A stretch of 53,454 bases of DNA from a virus (Duplodnaviria > Caudoviricetes), in the IMG/VR virus record IMGVR_UViG_3300033552_000011, positions 1-53,454 of that record, one strand, 5' to 3'. Both the position numbers and the translations under genes were made by a program. The notes under the pieces were generated by a model that was given only the letters and a program-made list of their open reading frames with translations, had not been told where the DNA came from and did not search any database. Every line of letters starts with the position of its first letter. Position 1 is the stretch's first letter. Positions 18,332 to 26,692 of this stretch are shown in pieces.

Positions 18332-18889
18332 TTAGTCTAACATTTGATATTCATTCAGCTTAGCGAGTTCTTTCTTGAACTCGTGTGCAAAGCCTTCATT
18401 CCAACGTTTGATGACCGGTGTTTTTGGCCGGTCAAACGTCCATTGAGGTATGCGATAAGCCGTGGCACCAGGATTGGACAGGAGCAACTTCACGTTACGG
18501 GCCGCAACCTTCGCAGCCATCTTGACGCGCTTCGATCCTTCCTTGCTGATACCAATTTCTTTCATACGCTTCGAAATCTTGGTCATCACAACCAGGTTCC
18601 GCAGCGTGTTGTAAAACTCATTGAACCAGCGATTTCCACCGAAGCCTGTTAGCGGTCCACGTCCCCAGCCACCTGTGCTGTTGGTCGTTGTTCCTACAGG
18701 CGGTGGTTGAACTGGTTCACCGGTGATGTCACCAGAACCTCCAGTGCTATCGCCAACTGCTGGCACTCCACCAGCATCACCTCCGCCTTCACCTTCCTCC
18801 ATCAGGAGCATAGGTAACAGGCTCTCGTAGATGGCAAGTCGCTTGCCTTCAAGGAGAGTTGGTGGATTCAGAAGTTCGTCTAGTTTCAT
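18332..18889 (-). CDS. putative internal head protein (MKLDELL..LLE leader)
   Basis: Follows a late promoter; several L-x-E sites; G/P-rich linker. Confidence 0.55.
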   Translation of the reverse strand: MKLDELLNPPTLLEGKRLAIYESLLPMLLMEEGEGGGDAGGVPAVGDSTGGSGDITGEPVQPPPVGTTTNSTGGWGRGPLTGFGGNRWFNEFYNTLRNLVVMTKISKRMKEIGISKEGSKRVKMAAKVAARNVKLLLSNPGATAYRIPQWTFDRPKTPVIKRWNEGFAHEFKKELAKLNEYQMLD

Positions 18890-18910
18890 GTCGGGTTCCT
18901 GGTGGTGTCT

Positions 18911-18918
18911 TATTTATA
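18911..18918 (-). promoter_or_regulatory. late promoter
   Basis: TATAAATA. Confidence 0.75.
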
Positions 18919-18920
18919 GG

Positions 18921-19658
18921 TTACGAACGGTACCAACCTTCAGCTTTCTTTTTCAGATCAGCTTCATTGAAGATTTCAGGGATCAGGTAACCGCCCTTTG
19001 CAGCAGTCAGTTTTTCAAGCGTGCGAATTCCAACAGGGTTGTCTACCGCCTCGTTGTAGAATCCAGACACCTGCTTGAAGATTTTTTGAATCGCATCATT
19101 GTCCAGCTCACCGTCGTTGTTTGAAACCTCGCGGAAGAAATCAAACTTGCCCTTGAAATACTCCTTGTTCACTTCTGATTCAGCGTAAACTTTCTTGATA
19201 AAGTCCTCGTCAACGTGGCGATCAATTGCTGCGCCGCGTGCTTTGGCTCGCTCAATTGCAACGTCTAGGTTGACATTGATAAACACCATGCCCACATCGT
19301 AGCCAACTGATTCCAAGAGACCGGCACGAGCCAGAATGTTCGACGCATCGTTTGAGGTACCGTCTACAAACAGCGGCAACATCGAGTTCAAATAGTTGAA
19401 CAGCGAAGTGCTCGTGATAGGCCGGGTGCGATCACGGAAGAACGACTTCCATGTTTCATTGTTAGAAGGCATCTTGTATTTCTTCGACAAGAACTCTGTT
19501 GCGATGTCGGTGTTTACAACCTTTGGTGAAATCGTGCCATGCAGCTTAGAAACTGTGTAGGACTTACCTGCACCAGGAATCCCTACAACGAAGAGTGCCT
19601 TGAGGATACCCTTGTCGTTAATTGATTCGTTCATCATGAATTCTTTGAATGTGATCAT
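18921..19658 (-). CDS. zeta-toxin/AAA_33-like P-loop kinase with capsid-targeting-like N-terminus
   Basis: MITFKEFMMNE; VGIPGAGKS, VNTD, FVDGT, GYDVGMVFI, ERAKAR. Confidence 0.75.
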   Translation of the reverse strand: MITFKEFMMNESINDKGILKALFVVGIPGAGKSYTVSKLHGTISPKVVNTDIATEFLSKKYKMPSNNETWKSFFRDRTRPITSTSLFNYLNSMLPLFVDGTSNDASNILARAGLLESVGYDVGMVFINVNLDVAIERAKARGAAIDRHVDEDFIKKVYAESEVNKEYFKGKFDFFREVSNNDGELDNDAIQKIFKQVSGFYNEAVDNPVGIRTLEKLTAAKGGYLIPEIFNEADLKKKAEGWYRS

Positions 19659-20536
19659 TACTTTGCTTTCAACTTTTTAACTTCGGCCTTGAACTCGTCA
19701 TAGTAACGAGCTGGCACAGAAAGGTATTTACCGGAGAACCAGCACTCACGTGTCTCTCCAGGCAAATCTAAATCTTTGGATGTGATCAGCTTCGCACGCC
19801 AATCTTCTGGCGTAAGCTTCTCAGGAATTTCTGTAGCTGCGATCTGTACCAACTGCGACAGCCAGGAATCGTCGTTAGCTTCCTCAGCGAACTTGTCAGC
19901 CACCTCGTCATTGCCATTGGCTTCTGAATTGAATCGACCCCTGCCATTACTGAATACCTTCTTGATCAGCTTCAGCTTGTCAAGAATGCCCATGTGGTCA
20001 GGGAACTCTTTGTAAAGCTCAGTGCCAACAAAGATTCGGAATGCATCGTCGATCAATCCAAAAATGCCATCGATTCGAACACCATCAAAGTTGTCTGTTA
20101 CTGTGCTACGCTTGAGCACGTTCATTTGATTTAGGTCGTAGTCATCCAGCATCGCAATCTTTACCCCGTCGAACGGGAAGATCATGAGAAGGTTTGATTT
20201 GTCATCGCTCACGGTGCCGACTGCGGATTCAGCATTAGTTGAGCAGAAAATCGATTGCCGACGAGCCGGCCAACCTTTCCAGGCCGGCTGAGAGAAAACG
20301 AATTCTTGTTCTTCAGCGCTGCCACCTCGGGACGTGGATTCGCGAGTGCGGGGTACACGGGTGCGGAGTGGATGATGTTTTTCATCCCAGGCACTGCCAC
20401 TTAGCCGGCACAACGGGTTATTGATATCAGGGAATTGCGAGCAATGGTTCAGAAATTCCTTGGCAGCGGCTTCTACTGAATCGTGCTGTTGGTCTTCTTC
20501 CTCAGCTTCGTTGAGGAACTGTTTGAATGTAATCAC
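19658..20536 (-). CDS. CTS-tagged ART-like paralog (group A)
   Basis: MITFKQFLNE; LCRL, RRQSIFCSTN, IFPFDG, RECWFSG. Confidence 0.6.
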   Translation of the reverse strand: MITFKQFLNEAEEEDQQHDSVEAAAKEFLNHCSQFPDINNPLCRLSGSAWDEKHHPLRTRVPRTRESTSRGGSAEEQEFVFSQPAWKGWPARRQSIFCSTNAESAVGTVSDDKSNLLMIFPFDGVKIAMLDDYDLNQMNVLKRSTVTDNFDGVRIDGIFGLIDDAFRIFVGTELYKEFPDHMGILDKLKLIKKVFSNGRGRFNSEANGNDEVADKFAEEANDDSWLSQLVQIAATEIPEKLTPEDWRAKLITSKDLDLPGETRECWFSGKYLSVPARYYDEFKAEVKKLKAK

Positions 20537-21276
20537 AAGGTGCCTTCCGTTTTTAGGCGAGTATAAAAGTTACGACGGATTGCGACACACTTGCCGCCGA
20601 TCCATAGTTCACGCTTTGTGTCAGAATAGTTGTCGATGGTTTTTGTTGTGGCTAACTCAAGCTTCAATCCTTCAGGACTGTAAGCCTTTTCCAGAGCTGC
20701 TTCAACGTTGTCCGGTGTACCGAATATTTGGATCAAACTCTCAACAATGCTTCCGCCCGAATCATCTGACATTTTCTCTTTGATAGCGTCGACGAACTCA
20801 AGGTAAGAAGACTGTGGCAAATCAAAGCTGCGCCAGATTCCGTTCCAATTGTGAATGCGATGGTCATCTTCTGAATCACCGATTTGAAAACTTGGTGTTG
20901 ACCAAAGATCATAAGCTGCGCAGACACCGATCTTTACACCGTCGTAAGGAAACACCGCATATACAGCACCGAATGCATCAGCGGTGTCTAGGTCATTTGC
21001 CAGGATGATTGACTTGCTCCGCTTCGGATATCCGAGTGACGGAAGGAAATTATCCATGATGTTGGTGTAAAAATTCGATGTGTTGGCAGACTCACGTGTT
21101 GATGCTTCACCATTCAAAAGGAAAGAATCTGAACCTGGGTTCATACCACGCCATAATGGTTCCTTCAGCTTGAGCGCGTCCCCGCAATGCTCTTTGATTA
21201 GAGCAACAGCTTCGGCAACTTCAAGTGCTGTTTTATGCGCACCCGCTTCATTCAGCAGGTATTGTTTAAATCTCAC
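20533..21276 (-). CDS. CTS-tagged ART-like paralog (group A)
   Basis: MRFKQYLLNE; LWRG, KRSKSIILAND..A..FG, VFPYDG, RELWIGG. Confidence 0.6.
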   Translation of the reverse strand: MRFKQYLLNEAGAHKTALEVAEAVALIKEHCGDALKLKEPLWRGMNPGSDSFLLNGEASTRESANTSNFYTNIMDNFLPSLGYPKRSKSIILANDLDTADAFGAVYAVFPYDGVKIGVCAAYDLWSTPSFQIGDSEDDHRIHNWNGIWRSFDLPQSSYLEFVDAIKEKMSDDSGGSIVESLIQIFGTPDNVEAALEKAYSPEGLKLELATTKTIDNYSDTKRELWIGGKCVAIRRNFYTRLKTEGTL

Positions 21277-21743
21277 TTGATTTCCTTTACTTCGGCATCA
21301 ATCGAAATCATACGCATGATCTCTTCTCGCGATGCAACCACGACGTTGTTCTGATTACGTCCTCCGCTGAATGGAACGAAAGCTGCTTGGCGCTTACGGT
21401 CGCCCTTGACCTTGGCACGGGTTGCAACTGCGTTCAGCGCTATGGTTAGATAGGATGCAGCAACCTCAGCATTACGAGCTGCGTAACGAGGCTCGATGAT
21501 CTGTGTGTACTCGGTCTGCTGTTGGAAGGTTTCGAGTGCAGCGTCATAGATGGCGTCGATGCGCTCATCAATAACTTTGTCATCCTCGTCCTGCTCTTCA
21601 CCCTCAGGTGGTGCAACCATCTCGGCCAGTTCACCTTCGGTTACCTGATCGTACTCTTCCAATTCCTGGCCATCCTCTTCGCGCTCGGTATTGAACAGCT
21701 CGTCAAGCGGGTTCAGAATTGGGTTTTCAGATTTCTGTTTCAT
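21273..21743 (-). CDS. probable terminase small subunit (gp16-like)
   Basis: Helical 156 aa; EPRYAARNAEVA..L..A and C-terminal NNVVVASREEIMRMI resemble the gp16 pattern. Confidence 0.55.
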   Translation of the reverse strand: MKQKSENPILNPLDELFNTEREEDGQELEEYDQVTEGELAEMVAPPEGEEQDEDDKVIDERIDAIYDAALETFQQQTEYTQIIEPRYAARNAEVAASYLTIALNAVATRAKVKGDRKRQAAFVPFSGGRNQNNVVVASREEIMRMISIDAEVKEIK

Positions 21744-22450
21744 TTTCGTACTCCCTTTGCGTTCCGCATTACAGAGCGGTACAGCATCATGTCAACAGCA
21801 ATACATTTGCCGCCGATCCATAGTTCGTGTTCTTTGCCATCATTGTAAATCCCAGATGTGGCGGTAGTAGCAAGCTTAAACTGCTCTGCGTAAGCCTTTG
21901 CTATCGTTTCCTTGATCGTCTTAGGATCGAGGTCTAAGATGTCACGCCTACCTAACAATGCCTTGAAGTCGCTTATTAACTTTGGAAATGACTTGTCGGT
22001 AATATCGTTATCGTTGTAGAAGTTGTTCCAGCGGTTAATGGTTCTTGCCATCGACCTCGGATGATTACTCAGCGAGATTTCAGTCTCAAAAATATCTCGA
22101 CCAGGACAAACACCAATCGTTACTCCGTCATATGGAACGATCGCATATGGTTCACCGTACCCGGCAGCATACTTTCTATTCTTCCAGTTCGCGGCGATGA
22201 TTGATGCGCTTCGCTTCGGGAACTCCTTAGGCAATACCGCATCCAGGATGACCGTGTAATGGTTAGATGTATTTGCTGACTGCCGTTTGCCAGCTGCACC
22301 GTGAATCAAGCCATAGCCATTTTCAAATGGATTCATGCCACGAACGATTGGCAGTTGGCCGATCGCATCTTTACAATGCTTATTCAGTAGCTTCCAGACT
22401 TCCTCTTCAGCGAGATCGGTCTTGTACTGTTTGATTTCGCTGAGTATCAT
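21740..22450 (-). CDS. ART-like paralog (group A), short MILSE leader
   Basis: IVRG, SANTSNHYT, KRSASII, IVPYDG, EHELWIGG; start revised to the ATGA overlap. Confidence 0.6.
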   Translation of the reverse strand: MILSEIKQYKTDLAEEEVWKLLNKHCKDAIGQLPIVRGMNPFENGYGLIHGAAGKRQSANTSNHYTVILDAVLPKEFPKRSASIIAANWKNRKYAAGYGEPYAIVPYDGVTIGVCPGRDIFETEISLSNHPRSMARTINRWNNFYNDNDITDKSFPKLISDFKALLGRRDILDLDPKTIKETIAKAYAEQFKLATTATSGIYNDGKEHELWIGGKCIAVDMMLYRSVMRNAKGVRK

Positions 22451-23208
22451 TCTGGAGAGTACCATCGAGATTGACCCAACATATTAGGATCAGGGTTCTC
22501 CATCATGTCTTTATAGACATTCATATTTATGACCACGCACTTGCCACCAATCCAAACCTCGCGACGCTTCTTGTCGTTGTAGACTTTGGATTCATCAGTG
22601 GTAGCCAGCTTAAACGGTTTCGTATAAGCTTTAATGAACTCCTGCTTAATGGTGCCTGGGTCAAGATCCGCAAGCCAATCAGAAATTCCGCTTTCTTTTG
22701 CCCGAAGTTTTTCAAGACGTTCCATCATTTCTTCAAAACTTAGTTTGTCATTGGCGACCGAATTACGCAGGTTGTAATTCCAATCCTCAATACTTTCATT
22801 GTATCCATTAACCTCAATTCGTGTGTCCCACATATCCGAGTCCGGGCAGACACCGATCTTCACCCCATCAAACGGAATGATCGCGAACAGCCTCCCACCA
22901 TATGCAGCTGCATGACTACGGTTCGCCCAGTTGGCACAGATGATTGACCCACTGCGCTTTGGAAACTCTTTCGGCAGAACAGCATCGAGAATGACGGTGT
23001 AATAATTAGTTGTGTTGCGTGACTTACGCCCGCCAACCTCACCATGTAAAACTCCGAAGCCGCCATCGAACCCCTTCATACCACGGACGATTGGTGTTTC
23101 CAAATCCTTCAGTGCGTCTTTGCAATGCTTGTTGAGAAGTTCCCAGGCACCTTGGGCGTCTGTCTCAGTTTTATACTGGTCTTCTGCCAGATAGTCTTTG
23201 AATCTCAT
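22447..23208 (-). CDS. CTS-tagged ART-like paralog (group A)
   Basis: MRFKDYLAE; IVRG, KRSGSIIC, IIPFDG, REVWIGG. Confidence 0.6.
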   Translation of the reverse strand: MRFKDYLAEDQYKTETDAQGAWELLNKHCKDALKDLETPIVRGMKGFDGGFGVLHGEVGGRKSRNTTNYYTVILDAVLPKEFPKRSGSIICANWANRSHAAAYGGRLFAIIPFDGVKIGVCPDSDMWDTRIEVNGYNESIEDWNYNLRNSVANDKLSFEEMMERLEKLRAKESGISDWLADLDPGTIKQEFIKAYTKPFKLATTDESKVYNDKKRREVWIGGKCVVINMNVYKDMMENPDPNMLGQSRWYSPE

Positions 23209-23690
23209 GTTGCAACTTTCTTGCCGGCCTTTGCCGCAGATGTTTTATAGATTGTTTTTTCAGTCACCACGCGGAACGTAGCACCTTGGGATTCAGCAAA
23301 GATCGCAGCAGCTTTCCATTTTGCCTGGTTCACTGCGTACATCATCTTGTCCCGCTCGGACATGCCAGGTGTAAGCACTGACTCACGATACGGTTTGACC
23401 TCGATGATTTCTTTCTTGATGGCACCGTTCGCATCACGGTACAGCATGATAAAGTCTGGATAGTAGCGGGATACTTTCGGCCGGCCATTCGGATCGAGCT
23501 TGATTGGGTTTACGTACGGGATCGCCAGCTCTTCAGAACCCCAGCGGAGCACTGCATTGTTCTGATCGAGCCATTTCATAAATGTCACTTCCCAACTGGA
23601 CCTGAACATAATGTTGTGCACGTTGCCCACATACTTCTGTGGATTCTTCGGCATGAACCTACCATGCATTGATCGTTTTGTACCTGCCAT
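23205..23690 (-). CDS. head completion protein (T4 gp4-like, TnsA-type nuclease fold)
   Basis: F.PKNPQKY.G...I.FRSSWE..FM.WLD....WGSEE..IPY, RYYPDF, IEVKP, VNQAKW. Confidence 0.92.
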   Translation of the reverse strand: MAGTKRSMHGRFMPKNPQKYVGNVHNIMFRSSWEVTFMKWLDQNNAVLRWGSEELAIPYVNPIKLDPNGRPKVSRYYPDFIMLYRDANGAIKKEIIEVKPYRESVLTPGMSERDKMMYAVNQAKWKAAAIFAESQGATFRVVTEKTIYKTSAAKAGKKVAT

Positions 23691-23702
23691 GGGTCTAATC
23701 CG

Positions 23703-25043
23703 TTATTTGATTGTTGTGCCAGCTGAAAGCGGGTTGTTCGGATCAGACGTGACGACCGCTTCAACAGAAGGTCTACCGGCAACATCTGAGTCCAGCACTG
23801 TTGTAACACCTGCAGGCGAAATGCTTGGTGCTTTAATCACGTTCATGTTTGTGAACGCTGCACCGGCCTGATTAACAAATCCTACGCCACCGCTTATGAA
23901 TCCTGCACCTAGATTACGCGAAGCAGCACCAACCAAGCCGCCAAGAATATTGGATGCTTGGCTACCAATGAGAGAAGCGAAACGACCGTTGCCAGCTATT
24001 GATTGCACCGTCCTGTTGATTGCAGATGATGTAATCTTCTGGGTAGCTCGGCCAAGTTGATTTGTGATGATGTTCGCGAATGGGTTGCCACCACCTTGCG
24101 GGTTGACACCGCGACCGGTTGGTGAAAAATCTACCGGAGCACCGTTGATACCTGGTGTGGTGATGTTATAGAACGGGCCGTCTGGGCCCTGCAACGGGCC
24201 GACCTGAACAATTTCCATCCAGTCATAGTCGAACTGCATGGTAACCAGGTTGGCGTCAGAACCTTCGTGTGAGAGGTCATCCAAGTCAAATGAGACCAGA
24301 CGCGCATTCAGAAAGTCAAAGATTGTTTCCTCAACTGCGGCGCCAAGTTGTGAACCCGGGTTCACATACATTTGCTTGACACGAATTGTTTGGATGACGT
24401 TACCAACTTCAGACGTGAGTGTGCCGCGGATTGCTGTGTCATTCGATTTGGCATCGTTGATCGCCGAGAAGTTCATACCGTTACCTTCTTGGATGGACAA
24501 CGGATCCGGAATACCAGTAGAACCTTCGCGACGCAGCTGACGGCGTGTGATCGGCGAATGAATCATCATGATCGCGCGGAAGAAGTTCATCACCCGGTTA
24601 CCAGTATCATCCATGAATGTCAACGTCAGTTCGCGGTGGCGAATCTTCTTGAGTACCTTCGTTCGGAAGTTGTACATGTTGATGTCGTCTTCATACTCGA
24701 AGTCGATTTTCGGGCGGTCGACCGACTTGACCATGAAGGTGAAGTCTTGCGACGCCAAGTTCGGATAAGCTGCCTTTGCTTCGGCAGTAAAGACAAACTC
24801 GACCTTGAAGAGGAACTTGAGCTTCGGGCGATAGCTTGTACCACCGGCCAGTGCCGCAGCATAGGATGAAGAATAGAATGATCCGTCGTTCCTATTGGAA
24901 GACGAGCTTGGTGGATTTGGGACACCCAACAATGGGCCCAACGTTCCGCGCGAGAATTCTTCTACAGCAGCACCAAACTTATCTGAAGCTTGACGCTCGA
25001 GTGCAATTTTGGTACTCTTTAGAATTGGGCTAATATCTGACAT
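23703..25043 (-). CDS. baseplate/tail-tube initiator protein (gp48/gp54-like, tube fold)
   Basis: F.V.F, VKSVDRPKI, NMYN, LTLTFMDD, LSHE...VTMQFDYD resemble the tube fold; adjacent to the tube gene. Confidence 0.6.
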   Translation of the reverse strand: MSDISPILKSTKIALERQASDKFGAAVEEFSRGTLGPLLGVPNPPSSSSNRNDGSFYSSSYAAALAGGTSYRPKLKFLFKVEFVFTAEAKAAYPNLASQDFTFMVKSVDRPKIDFEYEDDINMYNFRTKVLKKIRHRELTLTFMDDTGNRVMNFFRAIMMIHSPITRRQLRREGSTGIPDPLSIQEGNGMNFSAINDAKSNDTAIRGTLTSEVGNVIQTIRVKQMYVNPGSQLGAAVEETIFDFLNARLVSFDLDDLSHEGSDANLVTMQFDYDWMEIVQVGPLQGPDGPFYNITTPGINGAPVDFSPTGRGVNPQGGGNPFANIITNQLGRATQKITSSAINRTVQSIAGNGRFASLIGSQASNILGGLVGAASRNLGAGFISGGVGFVNQAGAAFTNMNVIKAPSISPAGVTTVLDSDVAGRPSVEAVVTSDPNNPLSAGTTIK

Positions 25044-25070
25044 GTTTTGCATCCACAATAGTGATTCCTC

Positions 25071-25078
25071 TATTTATG
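25071..25078 (-). promoter_or_regulatory. late promoter
   Basis: CATAAATA. Confidence 0.7.
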
Positions 25079-25098
25079 GGTATCGGCCAACAAACTTG

Positions 25099-25127
25099 TG
25101 TGCATAGTCGCGAAATGCAGGTATAAT
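25099..25127 (+). promoter_or_regulatory. early promoter (+ strand)
   Basis: TGTGCA-N17-TATAAT, then CAGGAG SD. Confidence 0.8.
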
Positions 25128-25152
25128 TCTTCTATCAACTCAGGAGACACAA

Positions 25153-25458
25153 ATGGCAAATGTTGCAGACACTATCTTGGAACAACTCGGCGGTAACAAG
25201 TTTCGTGCCATGACTGGTGCAAAGAACTTCTTGTCCTACGGTCCTGAGAATGCATTGTCGTTCCGTCTGCCAGCGAATTTATCCAAGGACAAAATCAACT
25301 ATGTGAAGATTACGTTGGGCAGCAACGATCTCTATACCGTGGACTTCAAATATATCCGTGGGGTGAAGGTCACGGATATCAGTAAGCATTATGCTGTTTG
25401 CTGCGACGAGCTGCAAGAACTGTTCACCGAAGCAACTAGTCTTGCTACCCATCTGTAA
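25153..25458 (+). CDS. hypothetical phage protein
   Basis: 101 aa (TILEQLGGNKF.AMTGAK...DLY..F); own promoter and SD. Confidence 0.8.
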   Translation: MANVADTILEQLGGNKFRAMTGAKNFLSYGPENALSFRLPANLSKDKINYVKITLGSNDLYTVDFKYIRGVKVTDISKHYAVCCDELQELFTEATSLATHL

Positions 25459-25466
25459 GGATAATC

Positions 25467-25721
25467 ATGAGCATCTTCGCCCGCGCCTTGAAGTTAGAAA
25501 TGGTAAAAGCTGACCGCGAATCCCAGAAGCAACACCGGGAAGAAAAAGAAGAACAAGCTGTCATGAAGGAACAGTTTCACGCCGAACAGATCGATGTTGG
25601 CTTTCGTGAAGAAGTGATTGCCGAACTGGTCGCAAGTGGATTTGCTCCACACGTGGCTGCGAACCTGACCGACACACCTGCCAAGTTGATGGCGAAAGCC
25701 CGCGAGATCGAGTACATCTAA
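25467..25721 (+). CDS. hypothetical protein
   Basis: 84 aa, AAGGA SD. Confidence 0.7.
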   Translation: MSIFARALKLEMVKADRESQKQHREEKEEQAVMKEQFHAEQIDVGFREEVIAELVASGFAPHVAANLTDTPAKLMAKAREIEYI

Positions 25722-25745
25722 TAAAAATGGCCCCGAAGGGCCATT
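25722..25745 (-). terminator. UUCG-tetraloop intrinsic terminator between convergent genes
   Basis: minus strand AATGGCCC-TTCG-GGGCCATT-TTTA. Confidence 0.85.
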
Positions 25746-25764
25746 GAACTTTAAGCGTGGTAGC

Positions 25765-26361
25765 TTACGTAGTGACGTTGCCGCCGAGAGCCGTGCCGTA
25801 ACCTTGGCCAGATTCTGTTTTGCGAGCATGGTCGTAACGAATTGACAGAGTGACTGTTGCTGCTTCGGACGCTGAGTAATCGCGATCACCGAAGTCGGCG
25901 TTGACGATGTAGCAACCTTCGAGAATCCATGAGGATGTAACACCTTCGTCACCGTCAAGTTGATCGATGCGAATGCCGAATTTGTAGTCAGAACCAGTAG
26001 CAGCAGTGTTCAACCAACGGCCGTCGAGATCGGAGCCGATGATACGCTGTTGAGTTTCCATCTGTGCTTCGATGACGCGAGTGGCGAGTCCACCGAGGTC
26101 GTCTTCAAACGTAACAGAGATTGGTTCCCAGCTGTGTTTACCAGCGATATACGCTGTCGAGTTGTAGCGGTGCAGGGTTACTTCTTCCCATGTAATGTTC
26201 GGCATCGTGACAGTAGTCACTTGCATAGTCAGGTTACGAGAATTGGCACCAGGAATCAGTTGACCGATGTTCTGGAAGATGATACGGAATTTGTTCTTGA
26301 GACGTGGGTGCAGAATACCTGCGCCTGCACCGGGAATTCCGAAATTTGAAAGTGTGGCCAA
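25765..26361 (-). CDS. tail tube protein (gp19-like), TTG start
   Basis: PRLKNKFRI, P..TWE....RYN....AGK..WEPI.VTF.DD, QLDG, GCY, TL.IRYD; GGAG SD; next to sheath. Confidence 0.88.
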   Translation of the reverse strand: MATLSNFGIPGAGAGILHPRLKNKFRIIFQNIGQLIPGANSRNLTMQVTTVTMPNITWEEVTLHRYNSTAYIAGKHSWEPISVTFEDDLGGLATRVIEAQMETQQRIIGSDLDGRWLNTAATGSDYKFGIRIDQLDGDEGVTSSWILEGCYIVNADFGDRDYSASEAATVTLSIRYDHARKTESGQGYGTALGGNVTT

Positions 26362-26399
26362 GGTTTTCTCCTTTTGTATTGGATGAGCTTTTCAGAAAC

Positions 26400-26407
26400 T
26401 ATTTATG
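26400..26407 (-). promoter_or_regulatory. late promoter
   Basis: CATAAATA upstream of the tube gene. Confidence 0.7.
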
Positions 26408-26446
26408 GATTAGCATCAAAAAATGGGCTAAACTTTTGAGGGGCCT

Positions 26447-26471
26447 AATAAAAAGGACCCGAAGGTCCTTT
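26447..26471 (-). terminator. UUCG-tetraloop intrinsic terminator
   Basis: minus strand AAAGGACC-TTCG-GGTCCTTT-TTATT. Confidence 0.85.
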
Positions 26472-26473
26472 GT

Positions 26474-26692
26474 TTAATCTAGCTTGTCGAGCTTACCAAG
26501 ATCAACGTCTTTGCCGTCGATCTTGATTGGTGTTCCTAACGTCTTGAGAACAAACTTGACTGCGTCTTTCTTTGACTTTGCGTGGACCTTCCTGGTGTTG
26601 GAGTCCTTGCCACGGTTGGTGGTGTAGGTGACTTTGTATTCATTGTCACCGTCCGCCGCTTTTCCGTAGTCCGCAATCTCAAAGAGCTTCAT
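26474..26692 (-). CDS. small basic protein with MKLFE leader (possible internal protein)
   Basis: 72 aa, K-rich, translationally coupled to the sheath gene. Confidence 0.65.
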   Translation of the reverse strand: MKLFEIADYGKAADGDNEYKVTYTTNRGKDSNTRKVHAKSKKDAVKFVLKTLGTPIKIDGKDVDLGKLDKLD

